Positions 1 through 11,400 of a DNA stretch of 64,000 nucleotides are shown here, in pieces. The position numbers and the translations under genes were made by a program. Under the pieces are notes generated by a model. That model made no database searches, was not told where the DNA came from, and saw only the letters and a program-made list of their open reading frames with translations. Position 1 is the first letter of the stretch. Each line of letters starts with the position of its first letter. This DNA comes from Antedon mediterranea (lineage: Eukaryota; Animalia; Echinodermata). Location: NCBI RefSeq assembly GCF_964355755.1, contig NC_092676.1, positions 315,788 to 379,787 on the forward strand, given 5' to 3'.

Positions 1-3000
1 GCCAAAGTGCAGGTAACTTGATCAATACCAGGGAGTTGTTATTTAATGACATTATCCTATTGGTGAAAGGGGAACAAGTATCAAAACTAAAGTCCCTACT
101 TATCGTATGTAATTTAGTCATATACATAAAACTTAACACCTACTGATTATTTTCCCTATGTTCACACATTATCAACATTTTAATTAAATTTACCTATCAA
201 CCATCTAGAAACTGATTTCTAATACCACAGTTTAGTTTTTACGTACGTTATGTTTAGATTTGACGCTACACACACAATTCAATGGCGCCCTTTACATCGC
301 TGGCATGATTGTTTGGAAACAATGTCTCTTTATTTCATATTTTTACAACCAAATATTTGATAAAAGACAAGTTACCAGATAGGTTTTTGTTTTAGGCTAG
401 CCTATTTCGATTGACACGTTCTGAATATCTGACAGAGTTTTTGTTTGTTAAGTGGTCTCTGATTTTAAACTACATTCACTGACCTTTATCTCGACCTTCA
501 TTATAGTTAAAATACAACAAACAGAACAACATTTTAATCTGGTTTTAAATTTCCTTAGCACATATTGTTCTCAACAAATACGTGTGAACTTGAATGCACG
601 GTGTACAGCCGTCGTACGTTCTTTTATTATTTCATTTGTCCAATATTCAACTGTTGTATCCAAATACGGTAGTATTAAATAATAAGTATTTACAATTAGC
701 CTCTCAAGTCATTAATAACCATAAATATTGTTGCAATAAAAATTAATATTTATAATATCTTCCGCTTTTCAATAATTATTGACAACATAATAATATGTCG
801 ATTGCACTTTGATTAAATATATTAAATGATAAAACGCAGTTTTATTTGTTTTTTTATCTTCCAATTGGACAAAGTTTGTCGGTTTTGTATGTAGACTTAG
901 GCCTATGTTTTTAATGACTCTATATACTTCATAGAAATAGGCCAAACAAACAAAACCTTTTCTTGTATGACAATAGGCAGTAGTACTTGTGCTCAGTGAA
1001 GTGGAAATTGAGATCAAACTAGATCACTATCAAAATCCCTCAAGTAAGGAGCTGAATGGTAATTGTTGTGACGTCTTTTTCGGAGCATGCAGCCTTAATC
1101 GATGCGATAATAGATTCAAAATATGCCTTGATAATCCAGGAAGGTAAACATTGTTTAAACATATTTTCCTGTTTTCATGGTTTTAGAAATGTGTCGTGAA
1201 ATGAAATGAGCAATAAGTTCCTGCACTCCTGTGAACGAGAAACAATGCAGATTTCAATATGCCAAATTCTGAGTTTTCTGTCTACACTATCAAACTAGTT
1301 TGACAAAAAAAGTGTGATGTGTCCAAATATGGTAGTGATATGACATCATGTCCATATATACATCACTTTTTTTTTCACATAAAGTTTGAGAGCAACCATC
1401 TTTTAATATTGATGACGCTCAAATGGTTCATTTTAGGATGTTGATCATTGGTTGATTTAGCAAGTAAACTTTTAATAAACTGATTTGTTTGTTTACAGTT
1501 CAAAGTCATTCTCACAGTGTCCTATTGGCAGTGAAACTTCAACTAGAGTGTACGAAAATAATGATGACTTCAACTTTCCGTCATCCTTGCCTGGCGGAGT
1601 GTCCAATCCGTTTACAAAAACGCATTCGTCTTGGCAGGTAAATCATTATACATTCTCTTTCTAAAAGCTCTGTCTACACTATCGAACTAGTTTGACAAAA
1701 AAGTGTGTTGTGCCTAAATATGGTACGGTAATGATATGCCTAAATATGGTAGTGATATGACATCATCGCATCACATTTTTTGTCACATAAAAAGGTTGAT
1801 AGTGTAGACCGACAAAAAAACAACTACAATTGTTTTATCCTCTCACTCATTCTTCATTTCTAAATCATCTCTTTTTTAACTACTTTTCTCAACTATTTTC
1901 ACATAGTACTAGGAAGCAGAATAGATTGTCAGCAGGCCTACAGAAGATAGAAACCAATCTGTTTGTCTGCCGTCTGACTTCAACGGATTTTGTTTCTCAT
2001 TTTACAGTTTATGTCAAACCTTTTGCAAACAAAATTTTAAAAAAAGATGTCTTTTTATTTAGGGTGGATTTCGAATAAAAATTTCAGTTTTTGATTACGA
2101 TCCATCGAACAGTGATGACAAAGTGGATGAACTTTTTTACAATATAATTGAAACACCCGTACCGTTCCAATCAAACTCACATCCGTGGATCTCGAAGGTT
2201 CTCCAGGGAACGCGAGCAAGGTATACCGAACAAACTTGTGTTATAAAGCCTGGTTACCATGCCTAGGACGCAAACGCAAGGACGTACGCGCAACGCGAGG
2301 AATTTGATCAATCACAAGCGATGGATTATTCAAACTATCGCCTGTGATTGGTCAATTCGCTTGCGTTGTGCATTTACGTCCTTGCGTTGTGTCTTAGTGG
2401 GAACCTTTATAAAGCCAATGTATTTTCATTTTCTAAACTTTAAAATTAAACGATTTATGTCCATAGCTACCATTCTTCGCATTAAACGTACATAATGTTG
2501 TAAAGGGATGTAAATAATAGAAATGGCTTCCTTTGCATACCGATAATCTCAACATTTATACATTCACTGTTTGTAACATTCACTTTCATTTTCATTACAA
2601 AGGATACAATGGAAGTACAGGGTTAAATGTCAACAGGGATATTATGGCGATTCATGTTCAACATATTGTGTGAACACAGATAGCGAACAAGGTCATTATA
2701 CGTGTGATGATTCTGGAAACAAAATATGCGATGCTGGATGGACAGGTTCCTCGTGTGACCACGACATTAATGAATGCAAAGACATGCCTTGTTTAAATGG
2801 TGGTACGTGTGAACACGGTATTAACTCGTACGTTTGTACCTGCTTGCCTAACTGGGGTGGATCGCGATGTCATCTACTACAAGATGCGTGTATTAGTAAT
2901 CCATGCGCAAATAACGCAACGTGTAAATCGGACTTACTTGAAGATGGTACGTCTAATTACACGTGCACATGCGCACCAGGATGGGAAGGAGAGGGATGCT

Positions 3001-4485
3001 CTGATGAAATATACGAGTGTGGATCATCGCCATGTTTAAACAACGGTGTTTGTCAAGATCTTATCGACGATTACAATTGTATTTGTAAAAATGGTACAAT
3101 AGGTTCTATGTGTGAAACAGTATTAACAACTATAATAGATGAAACAACAATAATGGATGAGACAACGATCATGGATGAGACAACGATCATGGATGAGACA
3201 ACGATCATGGATGAGACAACGATCATGGATGAGACAACGATGATTTACGAAACGACAATGGAGGACAAACAGACGACACAGAGTAACCCGATTGATGACC
3301 ATTCAAAACCAACTAACAATGACCTTCTTTCTCCAAAAGAAGGAAAACAAACTCAAACGGTAATTATTATTACATTATCATCTGGTGGTATGTCATGCCA
3401 TTTCCCGTCACTAAATATAGATTAAGGTGATTCAACAAAAGTTAATATTCGACTAATTCTGATGTTCATGACGCTAAAATATGTAACAATATTTAGACAC
3501 TTCTGTATCGTTTGAAAATAAATAGCTGATTCTGAGAAAAAAAACCCGAATGAAAGCGCACGGTTTATGGTTTATGTACCGGTACGAGTTCGTTTAATTT
3601 GCGGTGTCGATGTGTACTGTGCGTTTACTTTGTGATGTTGATGTGTAGGCCTACTGTGCGTTTACTTTGCGGTGTCGATGTGTACTGTGCGTTTACTTTG
3701 CGGTGTCGATGTGTACTGTGCATTTACTTTGCGGTTTCGATGTGTACTGTGCGTTTACTTTGCGGTGTCGATGTGTACTGTGCGTTTACTTTGCGGTTTC
3801 GATGTGTACTATGCGTTTACTTTGTGATGTCGATAGTGCGACTTTGCGGTGTCGATGTGTGTGTGTGTGTTTACTTTGCAGAGTCGAATGTGTAACGTTT
3901 ATTATTGCATTAACAAAAAATACAGGATGAAGATGGTGGTTTATCAGAAGCAGTGTTATATCCAGTGGTGGTTCTTGGTCTTCTACTAATCGTGTTCATC
4001 TTATTGATATTGTTGATCAGGTAAGATAAGTTTTTGTTTTGGTTAAATCTCATTACTCCACACATCATGATCTAACGTCTAAGTATCAAATTAAGCCTTC
4101 TGGAATTGTCTATATTAATGTGTTTTGGGGGTTTTATTTTAGAAGACGGCGAAAAGAAAAGCAGGGGGAACTTGGAATAATGGAAACGCCTTATCCTCAA
4201 ATAGCTGTGATTTCCCAATCACAACTTGGCGATCAGGCTACTGGTGTCGCATGTTATGAAACGTCACTACCGGCTAAGAAAATTGAAGAGGAGGAGTTTG
4301 GTTCATTTCAAAACCCTGTTTACATGTTGACTCCTGAAGACTTGCAAGCCAGAAACGCATCTCAAGCAGAAAACCACGTGTACGCAGAATGTGATTTCAA
4401 AGACCCAGAAAAGGAGAGCCCGTATGTAGAGATGACATCACCAGTCGCACCTAAAGCTGCACCAAATTTATATTTCGTTGATTAA
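1..4485 (+). CDS. Delta/Notch-ligand-like type I membrane protein (C2/MNNL + DSL + 3 EGF + Thr-rich stalk + TM), 5' end outside window
   Basis: Phase-consistent GT-AG exons: <1-12, 977-1143 (LDHYQNPSSKELNGNCCD..C...CDNRFKICL, MNNL-like), 1499-1637, 2063-2220, 2603-3359 (DSL: YRVKCQQGYYGDSCSTYC..GHYTCDDSGNKICDAGWTGSSC; three EGF repeats; DETTIM repeats), 3926-4020 (TM: LYPVVVLGLLLIVFILLILLI), 4143-4485 (RRRRK stop-transfer, cytoplasmic tail, TAA). Confidence 0.85.
1274..1393. mobile_element. MITE family A, degenerate copy (PIF/Harbinger-like)
   Basis: Shares TCTGTCTACACTATCAAACTAG...AAATATGGTAGTGATATGACATC...AAAGTTTGA with copies at 1665, 12367, 18079 and 53483. Confidence 0.65.
1665..1809. 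mobile_element. MITE family A copy (PIF/Harbinger-like)
   Basis: Inverted termini AGCTCTGTCTACACTATC ... GATAGTGTAGAC, preceded by an A-rich TAA-like target; five dispersed copies in the window. Superfamily inferred from TWA-type flanks. Confidence 0.7.
2248..2407. mobile_element. Palindromic MITE-like element in intron
   Basis: Whole-length imperfect inverted symmetry (AACGCAAGGACGTA...CAATCACAAGCGAT / ATCGCCTGTGATTG...TACGTCCTTGCGTT); GC-richer than flanks. Confidence 0.6.
3138..3260 (+). repeat. Coding 18-bp tandem repeat (DETTIM x~7), mucin-like stalk
   Basis: GATGAGACAACGATCATG units in frame within exon 2603-3359. Confidence 0.9.
3598..3880. repeat. 31-bp intronic minisatellite, ~9 copies
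   Basis: Unit GCGTTTACTTTGCGGTGTCGATGTGTACTGT. Confidence 0.9.
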
Positions 4486-6039
4486 AAGTTTCTAAAATAG
4501 CATAATTTAAAACACTTTGAAAACAAAAATATGTTAACTGGTAAAATAATTTTACACAATTAAATTTGTATTATAATATCGTCTACTTGGCAATATTATG
4601 AGCCGACGTCTTTTTTATGATGCACTGTATACTATTTTATTGAGTTTGATTGTTGGGATAACCATTTGAAGTAATGTCGTCGTGTACTGTATAATGTTCG
4701 ATTTGATTTGTTAATAGTACTATTTAAACGATATACTGTATAATAATAGAGATATGTGCCTTAACTTGCTGATTTCACCTTGTACTAGATACTTAACGCA
4801 ACTTATATAAATTGTACATATTTATGTTTTAGTCAGAAATATGGGAGAACCTGCTGCTAGATTTTTGATAAGGTGCGCCCTCGTGGTGCATAAATGATAA
4901 TCGATAATTCCAAATTCCATTGTTGTAATGCGCAGTTTTTATCACAATAACTGGGTGAAATAATATTGTATAATTCGTAAAACTATTAAATACTGGTATT
5001 TTATGTTTATAATGCTGGGAATTCTAAACATAACATTTTATTTTTATTTGCAAACAATTGTGTAATCTTTTATATATATTGAATCTGTAACTGTACATTT
5101 TAATTTTTTGAAAACATTGAGCATTAAACTTAGATACAGATTATATATCGGTTTTTTTTCGACGAATATTTGCCAAATGCAACCGAGGATGATGATGATG
5201 TTAGTAACGATGACAGACCCGGGATATGAAAATACTGAGGAGATGAAAAATGGATGATGAAAAAAAGAGGATGATGAGGTGATTTGTGAAGACCAGAGGC
5301 CGACAGGAAATATGAATTATTCTGTTTACGCCCCATATATGTCCTAGCTTATGAGATAATTAATCTCATGAATTATTCATACCAATGAGCAAGCCCTCTG
5401 ATGAGCCTCTTAATCCGACGGACAAAGATGATGAAGCTGCCCAAGATTAATATTGGACGGAGATATTCCACTGAAGGCACCTATGACGTTTCATAGGTCC
5501 TCTGTGAGGCTGCTACAACACAAACACCAAAGATATAGTACAGTAATATCTACACAATTATTATTATTAAAGTAAAACAGGGGATTCTTTCTCACAAAGT
5601 AATATTACGGATGATATAAGGTATGGCTGGGTGGTCTATTATTGTTTAGATAATGATTAGGCCTCAGGTACACTGCCTACCATTAGTAATTACTCTAGCC
5701 TACTTACCAGTACCATACCAGGCCTATAGTATATGTACAGTATTTACTATTTATCATCATCATCACGGCTCCTCTACCTATAGCCTCTCGCCACCTTAGT
5801 AAAGTAATACTACTACTAGGCTAGGATAGGAAGTTAAGTGGGCGTGGCAGAATTTAGGAGTGAGGCTCATTAGAATAAATTTAAACAAATTAACGATTTC
5901 TCACAATACTAAAAATAAATAAATATTTTATTTTTAATATCAAGAATTACTGACAAAAAAAGTTTCTATATTTAATATACTATTATTGATATGTAATTTA
6001 AACAAAATTGTGAAAATTGCTTATAAATTAATTTCAGAT

Positions 6040-6851
6040 ATGAGTGGTTACCCACAGCAACCAGGTGGTTACCCACAGCAACCAGGCAGTTACCCACAGC
6101 AACATGTTTACCCACCACAGCAACAAACTGGTTATCCTCCAGCCCCTGGAGGGGGCTACCCAGCCCCAGATGCTTACCCTCCACCAGCTCCAGGAGCCTA
6201 CCCTCCACCAGCTCCAGGGGCCTATCCTCCACCAGCTCCAGGGGCCTATCCTCCACCAGCTCCAGGGGCCTATCCTCCACCAGCTCCAGGGGCCTACCCT
6301 CCACCAGCTCCAGGGGCTTACCCTCCAGCACCTGCTGGTTATGCTCCTCCTCCAGCAGGGGTATATCCTCAAGTACCAAATCAGTATCCTCAACATGTTG
6401 GGGTAAGTATATAAGAGTGAGTTGTAGTTTATATTTTTGGAAATTCTCTGACTGACCCAGCACAAAATTTGCACTTATTGTTCTTGGTGTTATTATTCTT
6501 ATTTATCTTTTAACAACTATACAAGAAGTTGGTCTGTAAGTTTCTGATACATGTATTTATTTTCAGACTGGCTACCCTACTCATCCAGGTGGTATCACAG
6601 TTCACAAGGTAAAAACAATAAATAATATTTTATTTTTAAAGAAATTTTTACAAATTAGAGAATAAATACTTTGATGCTATTTGATTATTTTTCAGGTAAA
6701 GAAAATCAAAAAGAAGAAGAAACATAGCAGTAGTAGTAGCTCAAGTTCAAGTAGCAGCAGTAGCAGCAGCTCATCTGACAGTGACTATGGTTATCATGGC
6801 GGAAAGAAACATAAAGTCAAAAAACACAAGAAACATAAATTGAAGTTCTAA
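6040..6851 (+). CDS. Small XYPP-repeat Gly/Pro/Tyr-rich protein with poly-Ser and Lys/His-rich C-terminus (186 aa)
   Basis: Phase-0 exons 6040-6402 (MSGYPQQPGG..(AYPPPAPG)n), 6567-6608 (TGYPTHPGGITVHK), 6696-6851 (VKKIKKKKKH-S17-DSDYGYHGGKKHKVKKHKKHKLKF*); canonical TTTCAG acceptors and GTAA donors. Likely non-coding exon ending ~5620. Confidence 0.8.
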
Positions 6852-7060
6852 AACATTAATGTATTTACTTAATTCAATTTAAGTTTTATGCATCTGGTTA
6901 TTCCCAGATTGGGATTAGGAAGGCTTGCCAAATAGATTTATTAAGGTGTTTCTCACCATTTGTGGTATTGCACTTTTTGGCATCTTTATATTGCCTCTTT
7001 TTTTTACAGTAGACATGCACTTTCAAGAATCGGCAAAGTATAGGACGAGTAGTGTTAAAA

Positions 7061-7492
7061 CCTCATCTATTTGCCCTCATCTATTTGCCCTCATCTATTT
7101 GCCCTCATCTATTTGCCCTCATCTATTTGCCCTCATCTATTTGCCCTCATCTATTTGCCTTCATCTATTTGCCCTCATCTATTTGCCCTCATCTATTTGC
7201 CCTCATCTATTTGCCCTCATCTATTTGCCCTCATCTATTTGCCTTCATCTATTTGCCCTCATCTATTTTCCCTCATCTATTTGCCTTCATCTATTTGCCC
7301 TCATCTATTTGCCTTCATCTATTTGCCCTCATCTATTTGCCCTCATCTATTTGCCCTCATCTATTTGCCCTCATCTATTTGCCCTCATCTATTTGCCCTC
7401 ATCTATTTGCCCTCATCTATTTGCCCTCATCTATTTGCCCTCATCTATTTGCCCTCATCTATTTGCCCTCATCTATTTGCCCTCATCTATTT
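7061..7492. repeat. 14-bp minisatellite, ~31 copies
   Basis: Unit CCCTCATCTATTTG; explains the three spurious overlapping ORFs at 6925-7542. Confidence 0.95.
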
Positions 7493-8443
7493 ATGGGAAA
7501 TGTCCCCTTAATTTAAGGTTGGAAGCAGGGTTCTATGGTTGACCGCACCCAACCAGTGCATTGATATTGACTGCAATATTACGGCTGTTTTTTTTAACTT
7601 ATAGATTATGGATATATTTGTATCTTAGATTTTTTTTATTGACATGTTGCACAAAAAAAATTCTGTGTAATCTTTTTAATTGATTACATTTTGATTAAAT
7701 AAAGAAATAGATTACATATAGTCCATAGTAGAAATATAATATAATACAGAATATATTTTAGTTGTAGGTACAGTGATCGCAAAAAACCTAATAAAAATAT
7801 GCAAAAATAACAATATCGTAGTTGTAGACGCTTGGTAAAATACTAAGTATTTAAGAAGAAAAAAATTAGTTTGGTTTTTCTAACAATTTTAGCTTTAAAT
7901 TAACCATTCCAAATTTACCAAAATTACTTTGATATATTTGTAATAATACTTTTAATAGTGCAATAGGTTACAAGACACTGTTTATTAAATACAATGTATT
8001 AATATTCATATCCGTTAGATGATTAAATATTAGTTTACTCTTTCACTTGATTTTGTGTTGATTTTTAATTTGTGTTTAAATTTGTTTTTTTTTTTGAGTG
8101 GGAGTTTACAATCTTGACGGTATAAAACCTAGAACCAAGCCGTAAACATAGGCTATGGTTCTGGTTATGATAATTATAATAATGTTATGAAAACTTGTAA
8201 AAAAGAGTTTTTGAGTAATTTACAGGTTTATTTATCATGGTGGTCTGACTGAACCAGAAATCGTAATATCGCCCCCAACGACTCAAACCTAACTGGACGA
8301 CTTAACCTTTAACTCTGCCTAGCTGGTGGTGAAAAAAAAGAGGCGGAGTGCAGTGGAGTTGTGGTGGTGGATGGAAAACAACATTTCGTAAGGCGAAGGG
8401 AAAGTTAGCCAAAACAAAACGGGTTTTAAATTTGACGTGTAAC

Positions 8444-11400
8444 ATGGCAGCTTCAGGGCGTAAGCCACGAAGACAAAGTTCGTTTCATCAAATGATTTCT
8501 GACATTATATCTGAACGGAAAAAAGATAAACAAGGTGCAACATGCGATGATTTGGGTAGGTAAACATCATCCTTCTCTTCTGCTTGGCCTACCTGTGTTG
8601 TGAACTACAGTACCTCACCTGGCCGGTTGGTCCGAGAGGTGTCCAGGAGGTTTTAGATTAGATCATTTCGGCCGCTAGTCCTTTCGGCCGCCGGTTGTAG
8701 AAACAAACACCTAAATTCATGGCGCGCCATTTTCGTCAAAAACTTTTTTATTGAATAAAAGTGGATTAAAAAAAATACATTTTTGTAACATGAAAAATCT
8801 GCAACCAATCAGAACTTAGGCATGTTCGATTCATGTATATATTATAGGGGGTGTCACGAAAGCTCAGACCACGAAAGCTCAGACCCCCTAAGACCTAAGA
8901 TCACGAAAGCTAAGACCCAACACCTAAGATTACAAATACTAAGATATACTACAGCTTAAAAACAATACTTGTTTATCCATACATAATTTTAAACACAGTA
9001 GGTTTCATTTATTACCATAAATATAATTTAATACTACCGCAAAACATAGATAAACTCACATTATTTTCGCCCGTTGAGTAAATGTATATTTTTTCTTTAC
9101 AACAAACAAACTTGACGGGTTGTTTGTTGGTATATATTTACTCCATTGTGTTGCTTCAGAGGATGTTTTTCTTACGCACCTGCCTTTCTTGTATTTTGAC
9201 TCCAAATTTGTTGACTAACTTTATCCTGAACACCACACTTTAAAATTAGGACTTATAAGTACTTTCAGAAGGAGAAACACATAATAACAAATAAATAAAT
9301 CCTTTAAATTGATGATTTTACAGATGTGTTTCTTTGTATACTGTAATGTAACTCGTCGAGCTCCCCATGCTCAATGTTTTTGTTTCTATGGAGCGCCAAA
9401 AGAGCAACAATAATAGTACAAGTATAAAAATAGAAAGAAAACGAAACAAAAAACTTATCATGATTTTTAAATTAAAATTTATTTGCCAGTATTTATGTCT
9501 TCGTACTTGTATGATTATACTATTATCATTACAATTTTAATTTTACATTGTTCCATCCACACTGTAGATGGACTCCACAGAGTTTTCAGCCCTCTATATA
9601 ATTTTTGCTCTTTTGACGTTCCATAGAAACAAAAACATTGAACATGGCCCATGGGGTAGGCCTACTGTACTGTAGGCTAGTCATTTTGTGTGCGAGAAAA
9701 ACGTCTGTAAAATCATCAATTTAAAAATGTATTTGTTACTTTATATGTGATTCTTTTTCATGAAAGTGCCAATTCTAAGGTGTGGTATTCAGAATAAATG
9801 TTGGGAGTTAAAATACAAGGCAGGTGCGAAAGATAAATATTTGTAATCTTAGGTGTTGGGTCTTAGCTTTCGTGATCTTAGGTCTTAGGGGGTCTGAGCT
9901 TTCGTGGTCTGAGCTTTCGTGACACCCATATTATAGGCCCTATTATGTTTATGGCTAATAATTTGCATTCCCAGGTGGTTATGTGTTAATGGATGTAAAC
10001 TGCTTCTGGACAAAAATCTTTGCAGAACATTTTTTGGAGAAGGTTGACGATCAAGGAGATGACATGTTATTTTTTGTGAGGAGGAAAGAATTCAAAACTC
10101 GTAACGAAGCTCAGGTACAAACATAAATATTTATTATTAATTTGATTATTTAATTTCAATATCATTGTCATCAGCTATTTGAAGGCCAATTTAAACAGAT
10201 AAAGGTAATAAAAATATAGAATCTATGTTTTTCCTTATCACCATTTTTACACGCAACGCGTAGTGGACGGTTGGTTTCCGGTCGGGATAGACACAATACC
10301 ACTCGTCGGCTTAAATTGGCCTTAACTCTTTGTTGTTGTATAACCGCTTAGTCCAATGCCACCAGAACTGTACTGTGAAATTACAAATTTCACTCATTCC
10401 TTGTTGAACTTTTATCGCAGTGTTATGTAATCATACTGATGAAGTTACACCATCTTAGTTCATAATTATTTATGTTACAAAAACCTTCCAGTTAGCTTGA
10501 ATAGAAAATTATAAATCCATATCTTTTGTTAAACGTTGACAATTGTTGATTTGTGCACTGTTCAAAATGAAACGTCAATAAAAATTATTCTGCAGGAAAT
10601 ATTAAAATTGATGATGCCTCAGGGTTCCTTTTACGGCCGTGGAAAGAGTCATCGATGCATCTATTGTATCTGTACAATTATTGATTATTCTAATAATAGT
10701 GTAGGATGGGATATTATTATAGTAACTACAGTACCTACTTTAAATGAGCATATTTTGGAAAAAATATCTAAACCTCATTTATTTATTCTCAGCAAATTTT
10801 GTCTTTTAATCATTTTGTTTGTGTGTTTCTTTTTAGCCAGTTCACTACTCCTTTTAATACCGGGTTTAATACCCATACAATATTTTTCAATATTTTGTCC
10901 CAAAAGAATTTGGAAGGCCAGGTAATATTTTGAAGTTTATATGATTTAAATGTGTTCTTTATCAAAAATCTGTACTAGAAAGGTATAATGTCAAATGAAA
11001 ATTAATCTTAAATTCTAAAATCAAATAAGCGTGGTAAACATTAAATAAACATTAATTATTCAACTGGAATATTAAACACATCAATTTTGATTTTTTTTAT
11101 ATTGATTTTAAGATAATACAAACATGGTGAAGTAAATGATGAATGTCAAGAGATGACTTTAATTTTACAGTTCATAATTTTTTTAATTAATGGTTTATTA
11201 TTATTTTTTTTTCTTCTTTTTTACCAACACTAAGTGTGTACAGGTAAGGTTTTTGACATCTTTTTAAATTGGGTTTTTGGATATTTTTGGTGAAATACTT
11301 TTTCATTCATTAATTTTTAGCATTATATAGATGTTTGTCTGACAATCTGTACAATCTATTTAATTTTGGTGGTGGTTAAATCAGTATCGCACATTCACAA

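Noticed and set aside
5972-6474. Antisense and alternative-frame ORFs over the XYPP gene
   Set aside because: Shadow frames of a repetitive coding exon; only the frame starting at 6040 has matching splice sites.
6925-7542. Hydrophobic repeat ORFs (205, 154 and 146 aa)
   Set aside because: A stop-free 14-bp minisatellite is open in all three frames; no splice or coding signal.
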